Origin: Nitrosopumilus sp.
GTDB taxonomy: Archaea; Thermoproteota; Nitrososphaeria; Nitrososphaerales; Nitrosopumilaceae
Reading direction: 5' to 3'
DNA length: 64,000 nt
Assembly: GCA_965238275.1 (NCBI GenBank)
Contig: OZ250186.1
Span: forward strand, 128,001-192,000
Below are positions 16,817-26,875 of this stretch, in pieces. The notes below the pieces were generated by a model, which did not search any database, had not been told where the DNA came from, and saw nothing but the letters and a program-made list of their open reading frames with translations. A program made the position numbers and the translations under genes. Position 1 is the first letter of the stretch; each line of letters opens with the position of its first letter.

Positions 16817-17024
16817 TACCTGCTCCCAAAAGCGTAATTTCCGGGAATAATAAAACTCCAAACAGAAGGCCGGTGTCATATCCGTAACCTGTAGTGAATT
16901 ATACGAAAATTAGGTGGAAGTACCTGCTCCCAAAAGCGTAATTTCCGGGAATAATAAAACTCCAAACAGAAGGCCGGTGTCATATCCGTAACCTGTAGTG
17001 AATTATACGAAAATTAGGTGGAAG
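16817..17024. repeat. Perfect 104-bp tandem duplication in the divergent Yip1/serpin intergenic region
   Basis: 16817-16920 = 16921-17024; a diverged partial copy lies at ~15687-15760. Confidence 0.92.
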
Positions 17025-17211
17025 AAAACAAAAATAACCTAAAACTATTCAAATTGTATGATTCTTTTGTATTTCCGGTGCTGAGATTGCCCAAGGACAA
17101 TTCTGCCTGAGAAATTCAAGAGGCACATTCAGAGTGGCAAATACACCAGCATTTGGAGAAAAACTGCCCGGATATCACAGTTATAAGCGACATCACGACA
17201 TACGCTTCGTA

Positions 17212-18618
17212 TTGAAGTACCTGGTTCTGTTTTTGATCATAGCCGCATCCCTTGCAGTATCGCAGTCATACGCTGCATTCGAGTCCCCCCTAAAACAGAC
17301 GCAGGCAGGTGTTCCATCAGACGAGATACGATGCAATGACGACCGGGTTCTGGTAATCTTCCAAAGCGGCCGCCCTGCGTGCATATTTGAGACCACTGCA
17401 CAAAGACTTGGATTGGACCCCATAGAACCCAGTACCAATAGTCTCCTTGCCAATGCCACGGTCATACACGCAGCTGATGCAGACCCGGTAACCCCGCCTG
17501 AAATTGCGACTGCAAACAACAATTTTGCAGTGGATTTTTACAGTCAGATCTCAGACGGGGATGACAACATGTTCTTTTCACCCATCAGCATGTATACTGC
17601 ATTTTCAATGCTGTATGAGGGCGCCCAAAACAACACCGCAGAGGAGATGCAACAGACATTTGCCTTTGAGCCTGATCAAATCCCACGTCACAACTCCACT
17701 GCCCACCTCATATCATCCATAAACCGCGACGATCCGGATGCCACACTCGATATGGCAAACTCGCTGTGGCTTGCCGACTGGTTTGTTCCCTACGAGTCGT
17801 ACACGGACGTGGTACGCAGTACGTATCTTGCAGAAATAGAGAGTGTTGACTTTTTAGATGCCAGTGATGCGGGCGGGGTACCGCGAATAAACGCATGGGC
17901 CAATGAAAAGACACACGGCAAGATACCGAAGGTTCTGAAGGCTGATGATGTGAAGGAATCCACCGCAGCCGTGCTTCTAAACGCCATATACTTCAAGGGT
18001 ACCTGGAAGACGCAATTCTTCGAGGAGAGCACGCTGGAATCCGACTTTTGGACAAGCCCTGCGCAGAGCGTCAGGACAGATTTCATGAACATGAAAGGAT
18101 TTTTTGACATGGCGCAATTGGACAATCTTCAAGTCCTGAAACTCCCATACAAAGGAGACAGACTGTCCATGCTGATAATACTGCCATCGGACAGGGACGG
18201 CATACAAAAGATAGAAGAGACGCTCGCATCAGAGCAGATAGGGCAATGGAGACAGAGTATGCAGAATACCGAAGTCGAGATAAAAATGCCAAAATTTGAG
18301 ATGAAAACACATTATGACCTCATACCTCATCTTAAGAATCTCGGGATGGCAGATGCCTTTGATATGTTTGATGCGGATTTCTCAGGGATACAGGATGTCT
18401 CATCTGGGAATCTGTTCGTGTCAAAGGCAATCCAGGATGCATATGTAAAGGTAAACGAGGAAGGAACAGAGGCAGCTGCCGTAACTACCATTGTGCAGGA
18501 CCAAATGATGTTGCCAGAAGTTGCATCATTTGTTGCAGATCACCCATTCCTGTTTGTAATACAGGACGATGAGAGCGGGATGGTTCTATTCATGGGAAGG
18601 GTCTCTGATCCGTCATAA
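17212..18618 (+). CDS. Secreted serpin with N-terminal SPLKQ/two-Cys domain
   Basis: NMFFSPISM, LNAIYFKGTW, hinge EEGTEAAAVT and ADHPFLF motifs; signal peptide from TTG 17212. Confidence 0.96.
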   Translation: MKYLVLFLIIAASLAVSQSYAAFESPLKQTQAGVPSDEIRCNDDRVLVIFQSGRPACIFETTAQRLGLDPIEPSTNSLLANATVIHAADADPVTPPEIATANNNFAVDFYSQISDGDDNMFFSPISMYTAFSMLYEGAQNNTAEEMQQTFAFEPDQIPRHNSTAHLISSINRDDPDATLDMANSLWLADWFVPYESYTDVVRSTYLAEIESVDFLDASDAGGVPRINAWANEKTHGKIPKVLKADDVKESTAAVLLNAIYFKGTWKTQFFEESTLESDFWTSPAQSVRTDFMNMKGFFDMAQLDNLQVLKLPYKGDRLSMLIILPSDRDGIQKIEETLASEQIGQWRQSMQNTEVEIKMPKFEMKTHYDLIPHLKNLGMADAFDMFDADFSGIQDVSSGNLFVSKAIQDAYVKVNEEGTEAAAVTTIVQDQMMLPEVASFVADHPFLFVIQDDESGMVLFMGRVSDPS

Positions 18619-18943
18619 GAATCCGTGTGTAATGGATCAAATTAAAAAAATTATGTCATTTCAAATAAATTCGTGGCAGATCAGAATTATAAAATGAATT
18701 TTAAAATTCGGTTCAAAGACAGTTTTATCCATACTGCATTAAATGTGCCAACGATGAAAAATTCCTATTGAAATTTCCCATGGCTTTCTTATCTGGTAGC
18801 TGCCTCCAGAAATTATGGTGCATGTCTGCCCAATGTACAGGCCGAGAATTTCTTGATACATGATAGCAGGGACATTTTGACCATTAATTGATTTTGCAGA
18901 ATGATTGGCAATGCCCAAATGGATAATAGCTGGAGGGCACAAT

Positions 18944-20540
18944 AGAGAATATGCGTAATCCCCCTGTCCACATCGATAAATTTAGATCAGGCACGATCGT
19001 GTCTCACATCAAATGCCAGACTCGCCTGATCAGATCATATACAAGTTGCAGCAGGAAAACAAAAGACTAAAAAATATTCTAAAGCAGAAAGACAAAAAGC
19101 TGGAGCAGAAAGACAAAAAGCTGGAGCAGGAAAACAAAAGCCTAAAAAATATTCTAAAGCAGAAAGACAAAAAGCTGGAGCAGAAAGACAAAAAGCTGGA
19201 GCAGGAAAACAAAAGCCTAAAAAATATTCTAAAGCAGAAAGACAAAAAGCTGGAGCAGAAAGACAGGGAGCTGGGCCTTGAGCGCGGCCTGTGGAAGAGC
19301 AGGGACGATGGCTGGAACCCCGGCAAGGGGCCCGCGCTGCATCTGCTAGAGGTGCTAGACGACATAATACGCGACGGGGACAAGCTCCGCCATGCCACGC
19401 TGGCAGACGGGGAACAGTTCCGGTACATGCTGGAGCGGGCCAAGGTGTTTCTGACGCATTCGGGCCAGATGCCGCTGTTCTGCGATAACGCATCCCGGGC
19501 CTCCGATCCCGGAAACCGGTGCAAGCTGCACCTGAGGCACGCGCTGCTCATGGCGCTGATGCACAAAAAGGAAAACATCACGCAGGGAACGCTTGCCGCG
19601 TTCTTCGGGATAGACCAGTCCACCGTGTCCCGGTACTTTCCTGTGATGGACGCGATGCTGGCAGGAATACTTCCGACGGCAGACAACATATCCGAGGAGG
19701 TAGCTGCTGCCCCGACCAGGGAAGATTTCAAGAAGATCGTGCCCGGATCGGATGGGGGCGAGATCTTCATAGACGGCACGCACTGCCCCATACAGCGCCC
19801 GTCCGTAAAGTCAGTCCGGCGCATGAAATACTCCGGCAAGAAGAAAAAGTTTACCAACAATACCAACGTGTACACCAACCGGAACGGGGTGGTGATCGGC
19901 ATATCAAAAAGCACCGTCGGGTCAGTCGGCGACATCACGCTGCTCAAGGAACGCCCCATGCCGTTTGGAAAGTGGGAGAAGGCGATGCACGATCCGGACC
20001 TGCCAGAATCAGACAGGTGCCACCCATTCGTCGACCGCGGCTACCAGGGAATCGCAGACCACCTGCCCGGCACCACGCCGGAGATCCCGCACAAGAAGAC
20101 CAGGGACACGCCGCTGACGCCGGAGCAAAAAAAGCACAACCACAGGATCAACTCCACCCGGGTGTTGGTGGAGCACACGATAGGCAGGCTCAAGCGCTAC
20201 GCGCGCCTCACCGACCCGTACGACGGCAACGCAGCCGGGTTCAACAGGGAGTTCAACGTGATCACAGGGCTGGTAAACCTGAATCTTTTGTGGGACTGCA
20301 TGGAAAAGGGCCCGCCACCACCGGGGCAGTGGAAGACGTCAGTAGACTGGGACAGGGCCTGCTCCCAAGCTCCGGTCAAGTAGAATTCAGGGCACGATGA
20401 AGTGCTGCAAGGCTGCGCACGTCATTTTGGATTTTGGGGTGAACGGACTTGCCACATGCCAGACACGAGTAGTTTTAGGCCGTATTTTTCCGGTTTTTTA
20501 TGACCGAGTTGGCGAAATGGGCGGATTACGCATATCTTCT
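18944..20540 (+). mobile_element. IS5-like (DDE_Tnp_4/HARBI-type) insertion sequence
   Basis: TIR AGAGAATATGCGTAATCC vs AGAAGATATGCGTAATCC; 3-bp TSD AAT (18941-43 / 20541-43). Confidence 0.85.
19013..20383 (+). CDS. DDE_Tnp_4 transposase with a repetitive coiled-coil N-terminus
   Basis: FGIDQSTVSR HTH, IDGT, YSGKKK, DRGYQG and RVLVEHTIGRLK motifs; ~2.8 copies of a 75-bp repeat at ~19050-19265. Confidence 0.92.
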   Translation: MPDSPDQIIYKLQQENKRLKNILKQKDKKLEQKDKKLEQENKSLKNILKQKDKKLEQKDKKLEQENKSLKNILKQKDKKLEQKDRELGLERGLWKSRDDGWNPGKGPALHLLEVLDDIIRDGDKLRHATLADGEQFRYMLERAKVFLTHSGQMPLFCDNASRASDPGNRCKLHLRHALLMALMHKKENITQGTLAAFFGIDQSTVSRYFPVMDAMLAGILPTADNISEEVAAAPTREDFKKIVPGSDGGEIFIDGTHCPIQRPSVKSVRRMKYSGKKKKFTNNTNVYTNRNGVVIGISKSTVGSVGDITLLKERPMPFGKWEKAMHDPDLPESDRCHPFVDRGYQGIADHLPGTTPEIPHKKTRDTPLTPEQKKHNHRINSTRVLVEHTIGRLKRYARLTDPYDGNAAGFNREFNVITGLVNLNLLWDCMEKGPPPPGQWKTSVDWDRACSQAPVK

Positions 20541-20542
20541 AA

Positions 20543-20857
20543 TTGGACACCGTGTACGAAGAAAAAACCAGAAGTAATAGGTATTTTTTACTGCCAATAT
20601 TTATCGGAATATTTGGAGGGATTGTTGCATATTTTGTACTGAGGCATGATGATCCAGAAAAGGCAAGGAACTGCCTGTATCTGGGTGCCATCCTTACCGG
20701 AACGAATCTGGCATTCAGCACGGTGTTTGGGATGGGCGTGATTGACATTTCAGGGTCCTTTCCTGACTTGGCTTCTTTGTCCAGACTCAACATACTACTC
20801 TGGCTGGCCGTGATTGACACCATCGTTGACGGATTTCGTGCCATGCTTGGCCTTTAG
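20543..20857 (+). CDS. Small membrane protein
   Basis: LLPIF.GI.GGI.AYFVLR.DDP.KA.NCL pattern recalled from Nitrosopumilus proteins; start may be GTG 20552. Confidence 0.75.
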   Translation: MDTVYEEKTRSNRYFLLPIFIGIFGGIVAYFVLRHDDPEKARNCLYLGAILTGTNLAFSTVFGMGVIDISGSFPDLASLSRLNILLWLAVIDTIVDGFRAMLGL

Positions 20858-21035
20858 GGTCAACATGGTTTGGGCCTGGGCGTGATGGACATGGTGTCAG
20901 CATGCCCCCTGAATTCCGGGCGGGCACACGATGCGAAAATTATGACAGCCAACATCAAGCACGGCGTAAAGGAACGCTTGGGGGCGTTGCCTGTGGCAGG
21001 CAGCAGCAGCATCAGGCGCACCGCTCCCCGACAGG

Positions 21036-22490
21036 CTAGGAGTATCCTTCAGGTACCGGAATTTCATGGAAGACAGAGTGCGATGCGATCTCTATGGATT
21101 TTCCCTCGACCACACCATACACGGCTACAGTATACACTCCCGAACCGTGCTGCTTCAGCTGGTTAATGATGTTGGCCTTGATCTCAAAGTGATCCCCTAG
21201 GACGGTCCAGTGGTTTGTGGTGGTTGCTGGCACGCTGAATGTGACTGGGATCTTGGTTTTTTTCGCCTCCTCCCAATTCCTGGTGGCTTCTTCAGGTGAG
21301 GACGGCGCTGGCAGCGACTCGGAGAGATCGTAAGGGTCGGGACATTTTTGGGTGTTCCAAGTCCAGACATTATCTGCATACTTCCACCCACTTTGCAGTA
21401 TGGGCCGGACATAGACGACAGGTTCGCCGTAGTTGTAGCAGTACGTGCGAGATGTCTGACCCGCCGTGAGGCTGTGCGGTGGCGGATCGTAATAAAGAAT
21501 GACTGAATATTCGTCAAATTCCCAAGGATGTTTTATCGTGGCAGAAAAAGAGGCTATCCCTTTGCTTATCTCCGGAAGGGTTTCAAACTGCACAATGTCA
21601 TACTCGAAATGCTGGACGACCATCGTGTTGTACCCGTCATTGGCTATGCCGATGTTTATCAGGGCGTGGTTGGGATCGAGTACGTTGTCCCTGTGACCCG
21701 GGCTTGCCATAAACCCCCACATTGCTTGTCGGACGCCCTCGTTGGGAGTTTCGGGAGAGAGACCGGTGCCTGCGCAGTATCTCGCCCCATGGACATTCTC
21801 AGCGTTGGATTGGTATCCGCCATCCAGCGTGTACCGCATGTACGGCTTTAGGCCGTCCGGTCCCCAGTGGCCGGCAGAGCACTCTTCCAGTATGTTGTCT
21901 GCATGGATTTGGGCGGCGCTGTTATTGCCCATGGCCACCAGGCCCAATCCGGCCCGGGCACGCTCCCCGTTTATCAGTTCCAGCATGAGCAACCTGCTCT
22001 CTTCCATGGCAGACTGCGGCTCGTCTCCGGCAGAGACATCATCCGAGTCAGGCGATGCATCTAGATCTGCATCAGGCAGAATCAATTCTTCATCATCGGC
22101 CGGATCTGGATTGTCCGCCAGTAGTTCGTTGTATAACTCTACCAGCATGTCGTATTCTTGGTGTAACTGCTCGTAGTTCTTGTTCGTCTCAATGGAATGA
22201 TTCCGCAGATCCACGCTTAACTGATGTAGTCTTGCGATCTCCTCCAGGTCGGCAGCAGAGTGGACAGATATCACGCCCGCGTTTGCAAGGTACGCGACGG
22301 CCTCGATCAGTTCGTCGTCTGTTATACTGCCTTCTGCCCAATACCCAAACACGGTCCTTACCCATGGGGGTATCGATTCGCTCTGCGAATACGCATAATC
22401 TATACCGGAGAACGCTATGATCAATCCGAGTGCCATACAGCAAAGTCCTCTACAATTCACACGTATGGAGAACCACGCCATCTTTATCAA
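21036..22490 (-). CDS. Secreted CAP/SCP-domain protein with thaumarchaeal IP.W...W..G.I.D.E domain
   Basis: LINGERARAGL, AQIHA, AEN and SPGHRDNVL CAP motifs; signal peptide. Confidence 0.9.
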   Translation of the reverse strand: MIKMAWFSIRVNCRGLCCMALGLIIAFSGIDYAYSQSESIPPWVRTVFGYWAEGSITDDELIEAVAYLANAGVISVHSAADLEEIARLHQLSVDLRNHSIETNKNYEQLHQEYDMLVELYNELLADNPDPADDEELILPDADLDASPDSDDVSAGDEPQSAMEESRLLMLELINGERARAGLGLVAMGNNSAAQIHADNILEECSAGHWGPDGLKPYMRYTLDGGYQSNAENVHGARYCAGTGLSPETPNEGVRQAMWGFMASPGHRDNVLDPNHALINIGIANDGYNTMVVQHFEYDIVQFETLPEISKGIASFSATIKHPWEFDEYSVILYYDPPPHSLTAGQTSRTYCYNYGEPVVYVRPILQSGWKYADNVWTWNTQKCPDPYDLSESLPAPSSPEEATRNWEEAKKTKIPVTFSVPATTTNHWTVLGDHFEIKANIINQLKQHGSGVYTVAVYGVVEGKSIEIASHSVFHEIPVPEGYS

Positions 22491-22723
22491 TATTCATGCC
22501 AAACATATTCCAATATCCTAGGATCGGGCGTCGGTAAGGCTGCCGGAATCGAATCGCCTGCATGCATCACCAGTACATGTCACCGACACACGCAGTACAT
22601 TACACGTGAGATTGTGACACATTGGCAAGACCAGACATGTCTGTTCTGCCAGACGGCATTCCGGTATACGCCCAACAAGCTAATTAGGATACGGGCGCAC
22701 ATGATACCATGCAGGGACTGTGC

Positions 22724-22861
22724 ATGAAGGATCCGTCAGGCAAGGGCGAGCACTGCTTCTGCACAGGGATAGATCCACAGCGGGGAATCAAAAGGTGCTG
22801 CAGATGCGGCCAGTGGAATGTGCAGGGGAAGAACTGGACAAGCAACGAGGACTTTAGGTAA
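22724..22861 (+). CDS. Putative 45-aa Cys-rich protein (missed by ORF track)
   Basis: [45 protein letters not shown]; host-like codons. Confidence 0.55.
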   Translation: MKDPSGKGEHCFCTGIDPQRGIKRCCRCGQWNVQGKNWTSNEDFR

Positions 22862-22964
22862 GGCTGTCCATGGAGACAGGCAGCATCTGCCTCACCTGCC
22901 AGGACATTGTTGCACCTGGCACCTAGCATGGTTTTTATCGGGGTTTCTTCGAATCTTGGAGTAC

Positions 22965-23447
22965 TTGAGCAGCCAGGAATACAGACACATCGTAAGGATA
23001 GTCGGCAACGACATTCCCGGAGAGAAGAAGACGCTTGTGGGACTGACCCAGGTAAAGGGAATAGGCCAGAGTTTTGCAACCGCAGTCATCGACACTCTGG
23101 GAATCAACCCGAACTCGAACATCGGGGATCTCACCGACAGCCAAGTGGAGTCGATTGAGAGGGTGATTACGGATCCCATCGCTGCAAACTTTCCAATATG
23201 GTTCTTCAACAGGCGCAAGGACATAGAGACAGGAAAGGACATGCACCTGCTCACATCAGACATTCCGTTTACGCTTAGAAATGACATTGAAAGGGAGCGA
23301 ATCATCGCAAGCTGGAGGGCTTACCGCCATCTCAGCGGCCTGAAGGTAAGGGGACAGAGGACCAGGACCTCAAGCAGAAGGGGCGGCGCAGTCGGCGTTG
23401 CAAAGGGCGGCCTGACATCCACTGCAAAGAAGGGTTCCGGGAGTTAA
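22965..23447 (+). CDS. rps13: 30S ribosomal protein S13
   Basis: [16 protein letters not shown] and [11 protein letters not shown] motifs. Confidence 0.97.
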   Translation: MSSQEYRHIVRIVGNDIPGEKKTLVGLTQVKGIGQSFATAVIDTLGINPNSNIGDLTDSQVESIERVITDPIAANFPIWFFNRRKDIETGKDMHLLTSDIPFTLRNDIERERIIASWRAYRHLSGLKVRGQRTRTSSRRGGAVGVAKGGLTSTAKKGSGS

Positions 23448-23460
23448 CAGGTGAGGCACG

Positions 23461-24021
23461 ATGGGAGATCCAAAATATCCACGAAGGGCATGGAGGAAGC
23501 CAAAGAGGCCCCTCAACTACGACCTGAAGATGAGCGAACTTGAGACGCTGGGCACGTTTGGGCTCAGGACCAAGAGGGAGCTGTGGAAGGCCCATACCGA
23601 GCTGTCCCGGGTAAGGCACCAGGCAAGGTCGCTGCTTGCACTCAGGCAGGAGGTCAGGATTGAAAAGGAACCAATCCTGATGAGATCGCTTGCAAAGATA
23701 GGGCTGGTCAGCCAGGATGCGACGCTTGATGACGTCCTTAACCTAAATGTCAAGGATCTGCTTGCGCGAAGACTGCAGACGATCGTCACAAAGAAGCTCG
23801 GGTTCAAGACCCCGTACCAGGCAAGGCAGGCAGTGGTGCACGGCCACATCATGGTAGGGGAGAGAAGGGTCGACATTCCATCATATACAGTCACCATATC
23901 AGAGGAGGACAGCGTAAGGTTTGCACCAGAGTCAAAGATCTCAGAGATGTTCAAAAAGGTAGAACCTGATGGTGATGGTGATGCCCCGGCGACCGTACCA
24001 GATGAATCCAAAGAGTCATAG
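23461..24021 (+). CDS. rps4: 30S ribosomal protein S4
   Basis: MGDPK, GLRTKRELW, RRLQTIV and QARQAVVHGHI motifs. Confidence 0.97.
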   Translation: MGDPKYPRRAWRKPKRPLNYDLKMSELETLGTFGLRTKRELWKAHTELSRVRHQARSLLALRQEVRIEKEPILMRSLAKIGLVSQDATLDDVLNLNVKDLLARRLQTIVTKKLGFKTPYQARQAVVHGHIMVGERRVDIPSYTVTISEEDSVRFAPESKISEMFKKVEPDGDGDAPATVPDESKES

Positions 24022-24060
24022 GCACAAGCCGGCCAAGGGACTGTCCGCGGGAGAATTTTC

Positions 24061-25815
24061 ATGTGTTCCATCATAGGGTACAGCGGGGACGGTGCGGCCG
24101 CGCCAATCATGGTAAAGGGATTGGAGAGGATGGAGTACCGCGGGTATGACAGCGTCGGACTGGCAACCGGGTTCGGGGGAAAGATCGAGACAAGAAAGGG
24201 CGTCGGAAGGGTCGGCCAGGTCAACGCAAAGGTCAGGCTGGATGTCATGCCCGGAAGGACAGGCATAGGCCACACCAGGTGGGCCACCCACGGCATGGTT
24301 ACAGACATCAACGCCCATCCGCACCCGAGCAACTCCGGAGAGATCGCCATAGTCCACAACGGGGTGGTGGAGAATTTTGAGGACCTCAAGGAGATGCTCA
24401 AGGGCGAGGGATACGTCTTCAAAAGCGAGACTGACAGCGAGGTGATTGCAAACCTGCTCCAGAGGAGCTACGAGTCGACAAGAGACATCGTAAAGGCAGT
24501 CGCAATGACTGTCCGGGAGCTCAAAGGGCATTACGCGTTTGTGGCCATGTTTGCCGACGGCACCCTGGCGGCTGCAAAGTTTCACGAGCCCCTGATAATA
24601 GGGATCGGCTCAGGCGGGCTGTTCCTCTCAAGCGACGTCCTTGGATTCATAGAGTACGCAGACGATGCCATATACATGGAAAACGGCAGTTTCGCAATAG
24701 TCAGCGACGGGGTGCCTGCAATCTTTGGGTTTGACCAGAGCCCCATAAAACATGCCATCACCAAGGTCTCAAGGGAGTTCGGGGATGTCTACAAGGGGGA
24801 CTATGCGCACTTTACCCTCAAGGAGATATGCGAGCAGGACAGGACCATACCAGAATCCGGCATGACTGCCCCAGAAGAGATTGCAGAGGCAGCAAAATGC
24901 ATCAGGGATGCCAAAGAGGTCTACATTACCGGAAGCGGCACCAGCTATAATGCGGCGCTGGTTGCAAGGCAGATCCTCTCAAGGCACGCCAAAATCAAGA
25001 CAGAGCCCATAGTGTCAAGCGAGTTTGGGTTTGTGGCAGACGGCATCGGGAAGGATCCGGTCCTGATCGCCATATCGCAAAGCGGCGAGAGCGCAGACGT
25101 GCTTGAGGCAGTGGGCATCGCAAAAAGGGCAGGCTGCCGCATAGTATCCATCGTCAACCTGCCAATGTCATCCCTGGCGCGCGAGTCTGACGTGGTAATC
25201 GGGATGAACTGCGGGCCGGAGATAGGGGTGGCTGCGACAAAGAGCTTTACATCGCAGCTTGCCATACTGTACAGGATAGTCCAGGAGATAACGGGCACGG
25301 GGATCGACTTTGCAGAGATCTCCCGGGCGGCAGCAGAGGTGCTCAGGGATCATGCAGGGATCCAAAGGATTGCAGAGGAGATGAGGGATGTCGCAGACAT
25401 CTACATACTTGGAAGGGGGATTCATTATCCGATTGCCAAGGAGGCGGCACTGAAGCTAAAGGAGCTGACGTACATTCACGCAGAGGGGGTCCCGGGAGGC
25501 GAGATGAAGCACGGGACGCTGGCCATGATGGATTCGGACATACTGGTTATAGTGATCAATCCGGACGACTCGACGCATGCAGACACCCTGATCGGGGCAA
25601 GGGAGATCAAGGCCAGGGGCGCAAGGATAATCGGGATATCCGATCTCAAAAGCGACGTGTACGACTACTGGATTGAGGTTCCCAGGGCAGGCAGGGCCGC
25701 ATACCCCATGGCAGAGATAATTCCAATCCAGCTGCTGGCATACTATGCTGCGCTTGGGAGGAACGCAGACCCCGACCACCCCAGGAACCTTGCAAAGTCA
25801 GTCACAGTCAAGTAG
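24061..25815 (+). CDS. glmS: Glutamine--fructose-6-phosphate aminotransferase
   Basis: N-terminal Cys, EYRGYDS, GHTRWATHG, SQSGE and PRNLAKSVTV motifs. Confidence 0.97.
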   Translation: MCSIIGYSGDGAAAPIMVKGLERMEYRGYDSVGLATGFGGKIETRKGVGRVGQVNAKVRLDVMPGRTGIGHTRWATHGMVTDINAHPHPSNSGEIAIVHNGVVENFEDLKEMLKGEGYVFKSETDSEVIANLLQRSYESTRDIVKAVAMTVRELKGHYAFVAMFADGTLAAAKFHEPLIIGIGSGGLFLSSDVLGFIEYADDAIYMENGSFAIVSDGVPAIFGFDQSPIKHAITKVSREFGDVYKGDYAHFTLKEICEQDRTIPESGMTAPEEIAEAAKCIRDAKEVYITGSGTSYNAALVARQILSRHAKIKTEPIVSSEFGFVADGIGKDPVLIAISQSGESADVLEAVGIAKRAGCRIVSIVNLPMSSLARESDVVIGMNCGPEIGVAATKSFTSQLAILYRIVQEITGTGIDFAEISRAAAEVLRDHAGIQRIAEEMRDVADIYILGRGIHYPIAKEAALKLKELTYIHAEGVPGGEMKHGTLAMMDSDILVIVINPDDSTHADTLIGAREIKARGARIIGISDLKSDVYDYWIEVPRAGRAAYPMAEIIPIQLLAYYAALGRNADPDHPRNLAKSVTVK

Positions 25816-26875
25816 AGAGCCGCTCGTACTCGGATTCTGCCAGTGCCAGAAACCTTGACGAATCGATGCCGGACTTTATCATCGAGGATATGACAGCGCC
25901 GCCTGCGCCTGCCCCCTCCTTTGCAAATCCCTGCGAGAATGCCTTCAGGCCCGGATACGCGGATCTCTCCAGGTGCATGTCGACTGAGATGGCAGGAACG
26001 TCCCCCACCGACTTTACCAGGCCTGCAAAGTTGGCGCTTGGATCGTCTGCCACATACGACGTGGTTCCGATGACGGTGTTTTCCACGTTAAAGCCGACTT
26101 CGGATGCAAATGCAAGCACGGCAGCCATCTGGGTTCCGCCTGCCAGCATGACCCGGGATACCTCGGAGGCGGAGCTGAGCATTCCGGCCACAAACGGAAT
26201 CATCGGATCCCCGGCCTGGGCCACTATCCGGTAGGGAAGATCCGAGTCTATTCGTGCAATCGCGGCTGCCACTACCTGGTCCTTGAGCTGGACGGGATTT
26301 GTGGGGATGCTGGAGCTGGTCTGGGCATCAAACCCCATGGCGCGCAGTACGGCAAGCGCAGTGGTGGTTCCGCCCGGAATGCTCTCGCCCACGACCAGGC
26401 AGTCAGTCAGGGATGCCAGGCTTCTGCCTACAATCCGGCCATAGTCCACGGCACTGGATACTGTCGCGTCAGTCATTGCGTTTTGGACTGATATGTCCAT
26501 TCCAAACGGAAGGCCCGTATTGATGAATGGCAGCATCGGGGGGATCTTGGAGCCGGCATTGATGGTAAGGTGCGGGATGCTTGAGGACTCCAGCGCAGTC
26601 TTGGTCAGCAGCGCCGGCGTCGGCATGCCGTCAGGGGTCATTGGAATCGCATCCATGCTTTTGCAGTAGCCGTAGTGGAGGTATTCGGCATCTGCAGGCG
26701 GGGTAAACTGCATCAGATCCCTGTTGGCGCCGGCAATGGTAATTCCGGGAATCCTGCATGTCTCAGTGTAGGAGAGGGCAAGGGAGAAGAGGAACCTGCC
26801 GGACTTTAGGGAGTCCATGAATTCCCGGGCCCTGCCGGCGTTTCCAATAATGGTAAGATCATCCAAGGGTGTCAC
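25808..26875 (-). CDS. cobT: Archaeal NaMN:base phosphoribosyltransferase (TIGR00303/CobT-like)
   Basis: IPGITIAG, TP.ADAE, GESIPGGTTTA, LAGGTQM and KEGAGAGG motifs. Confidence 0.88.
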   Translation of the reverse strand: MTPLDDLTIIGNAGRAREFMDSLKSGRFLFSLALSYTETCRIPGITIAGANRDLMQFTPPADAEYLHYGYCKSMDAIPMTPDGMPTPALLTKTALESSSIPHLTINAGSKIPPMLPFINTGLPFGMDISVQNAMTDATVSSAVDYGRIVGRSLASLTDCLVVGESIPGGTTTALAVLRAMGFDAQTSSSIPTNPVQLKDQVVAAAIARIDSDLPYRIVAQAGDPMIPFVAGMLSSASEVSRVMLAGGTQMAAVLAFASEVGFNVENTVIGTTSYVADDPSANFAGLVKSVGDVPAISVDMHLERSAYPGLKAFSQGFAKEGAGAGGAVISSMIKSGIDSSRFLALAESEYERLST

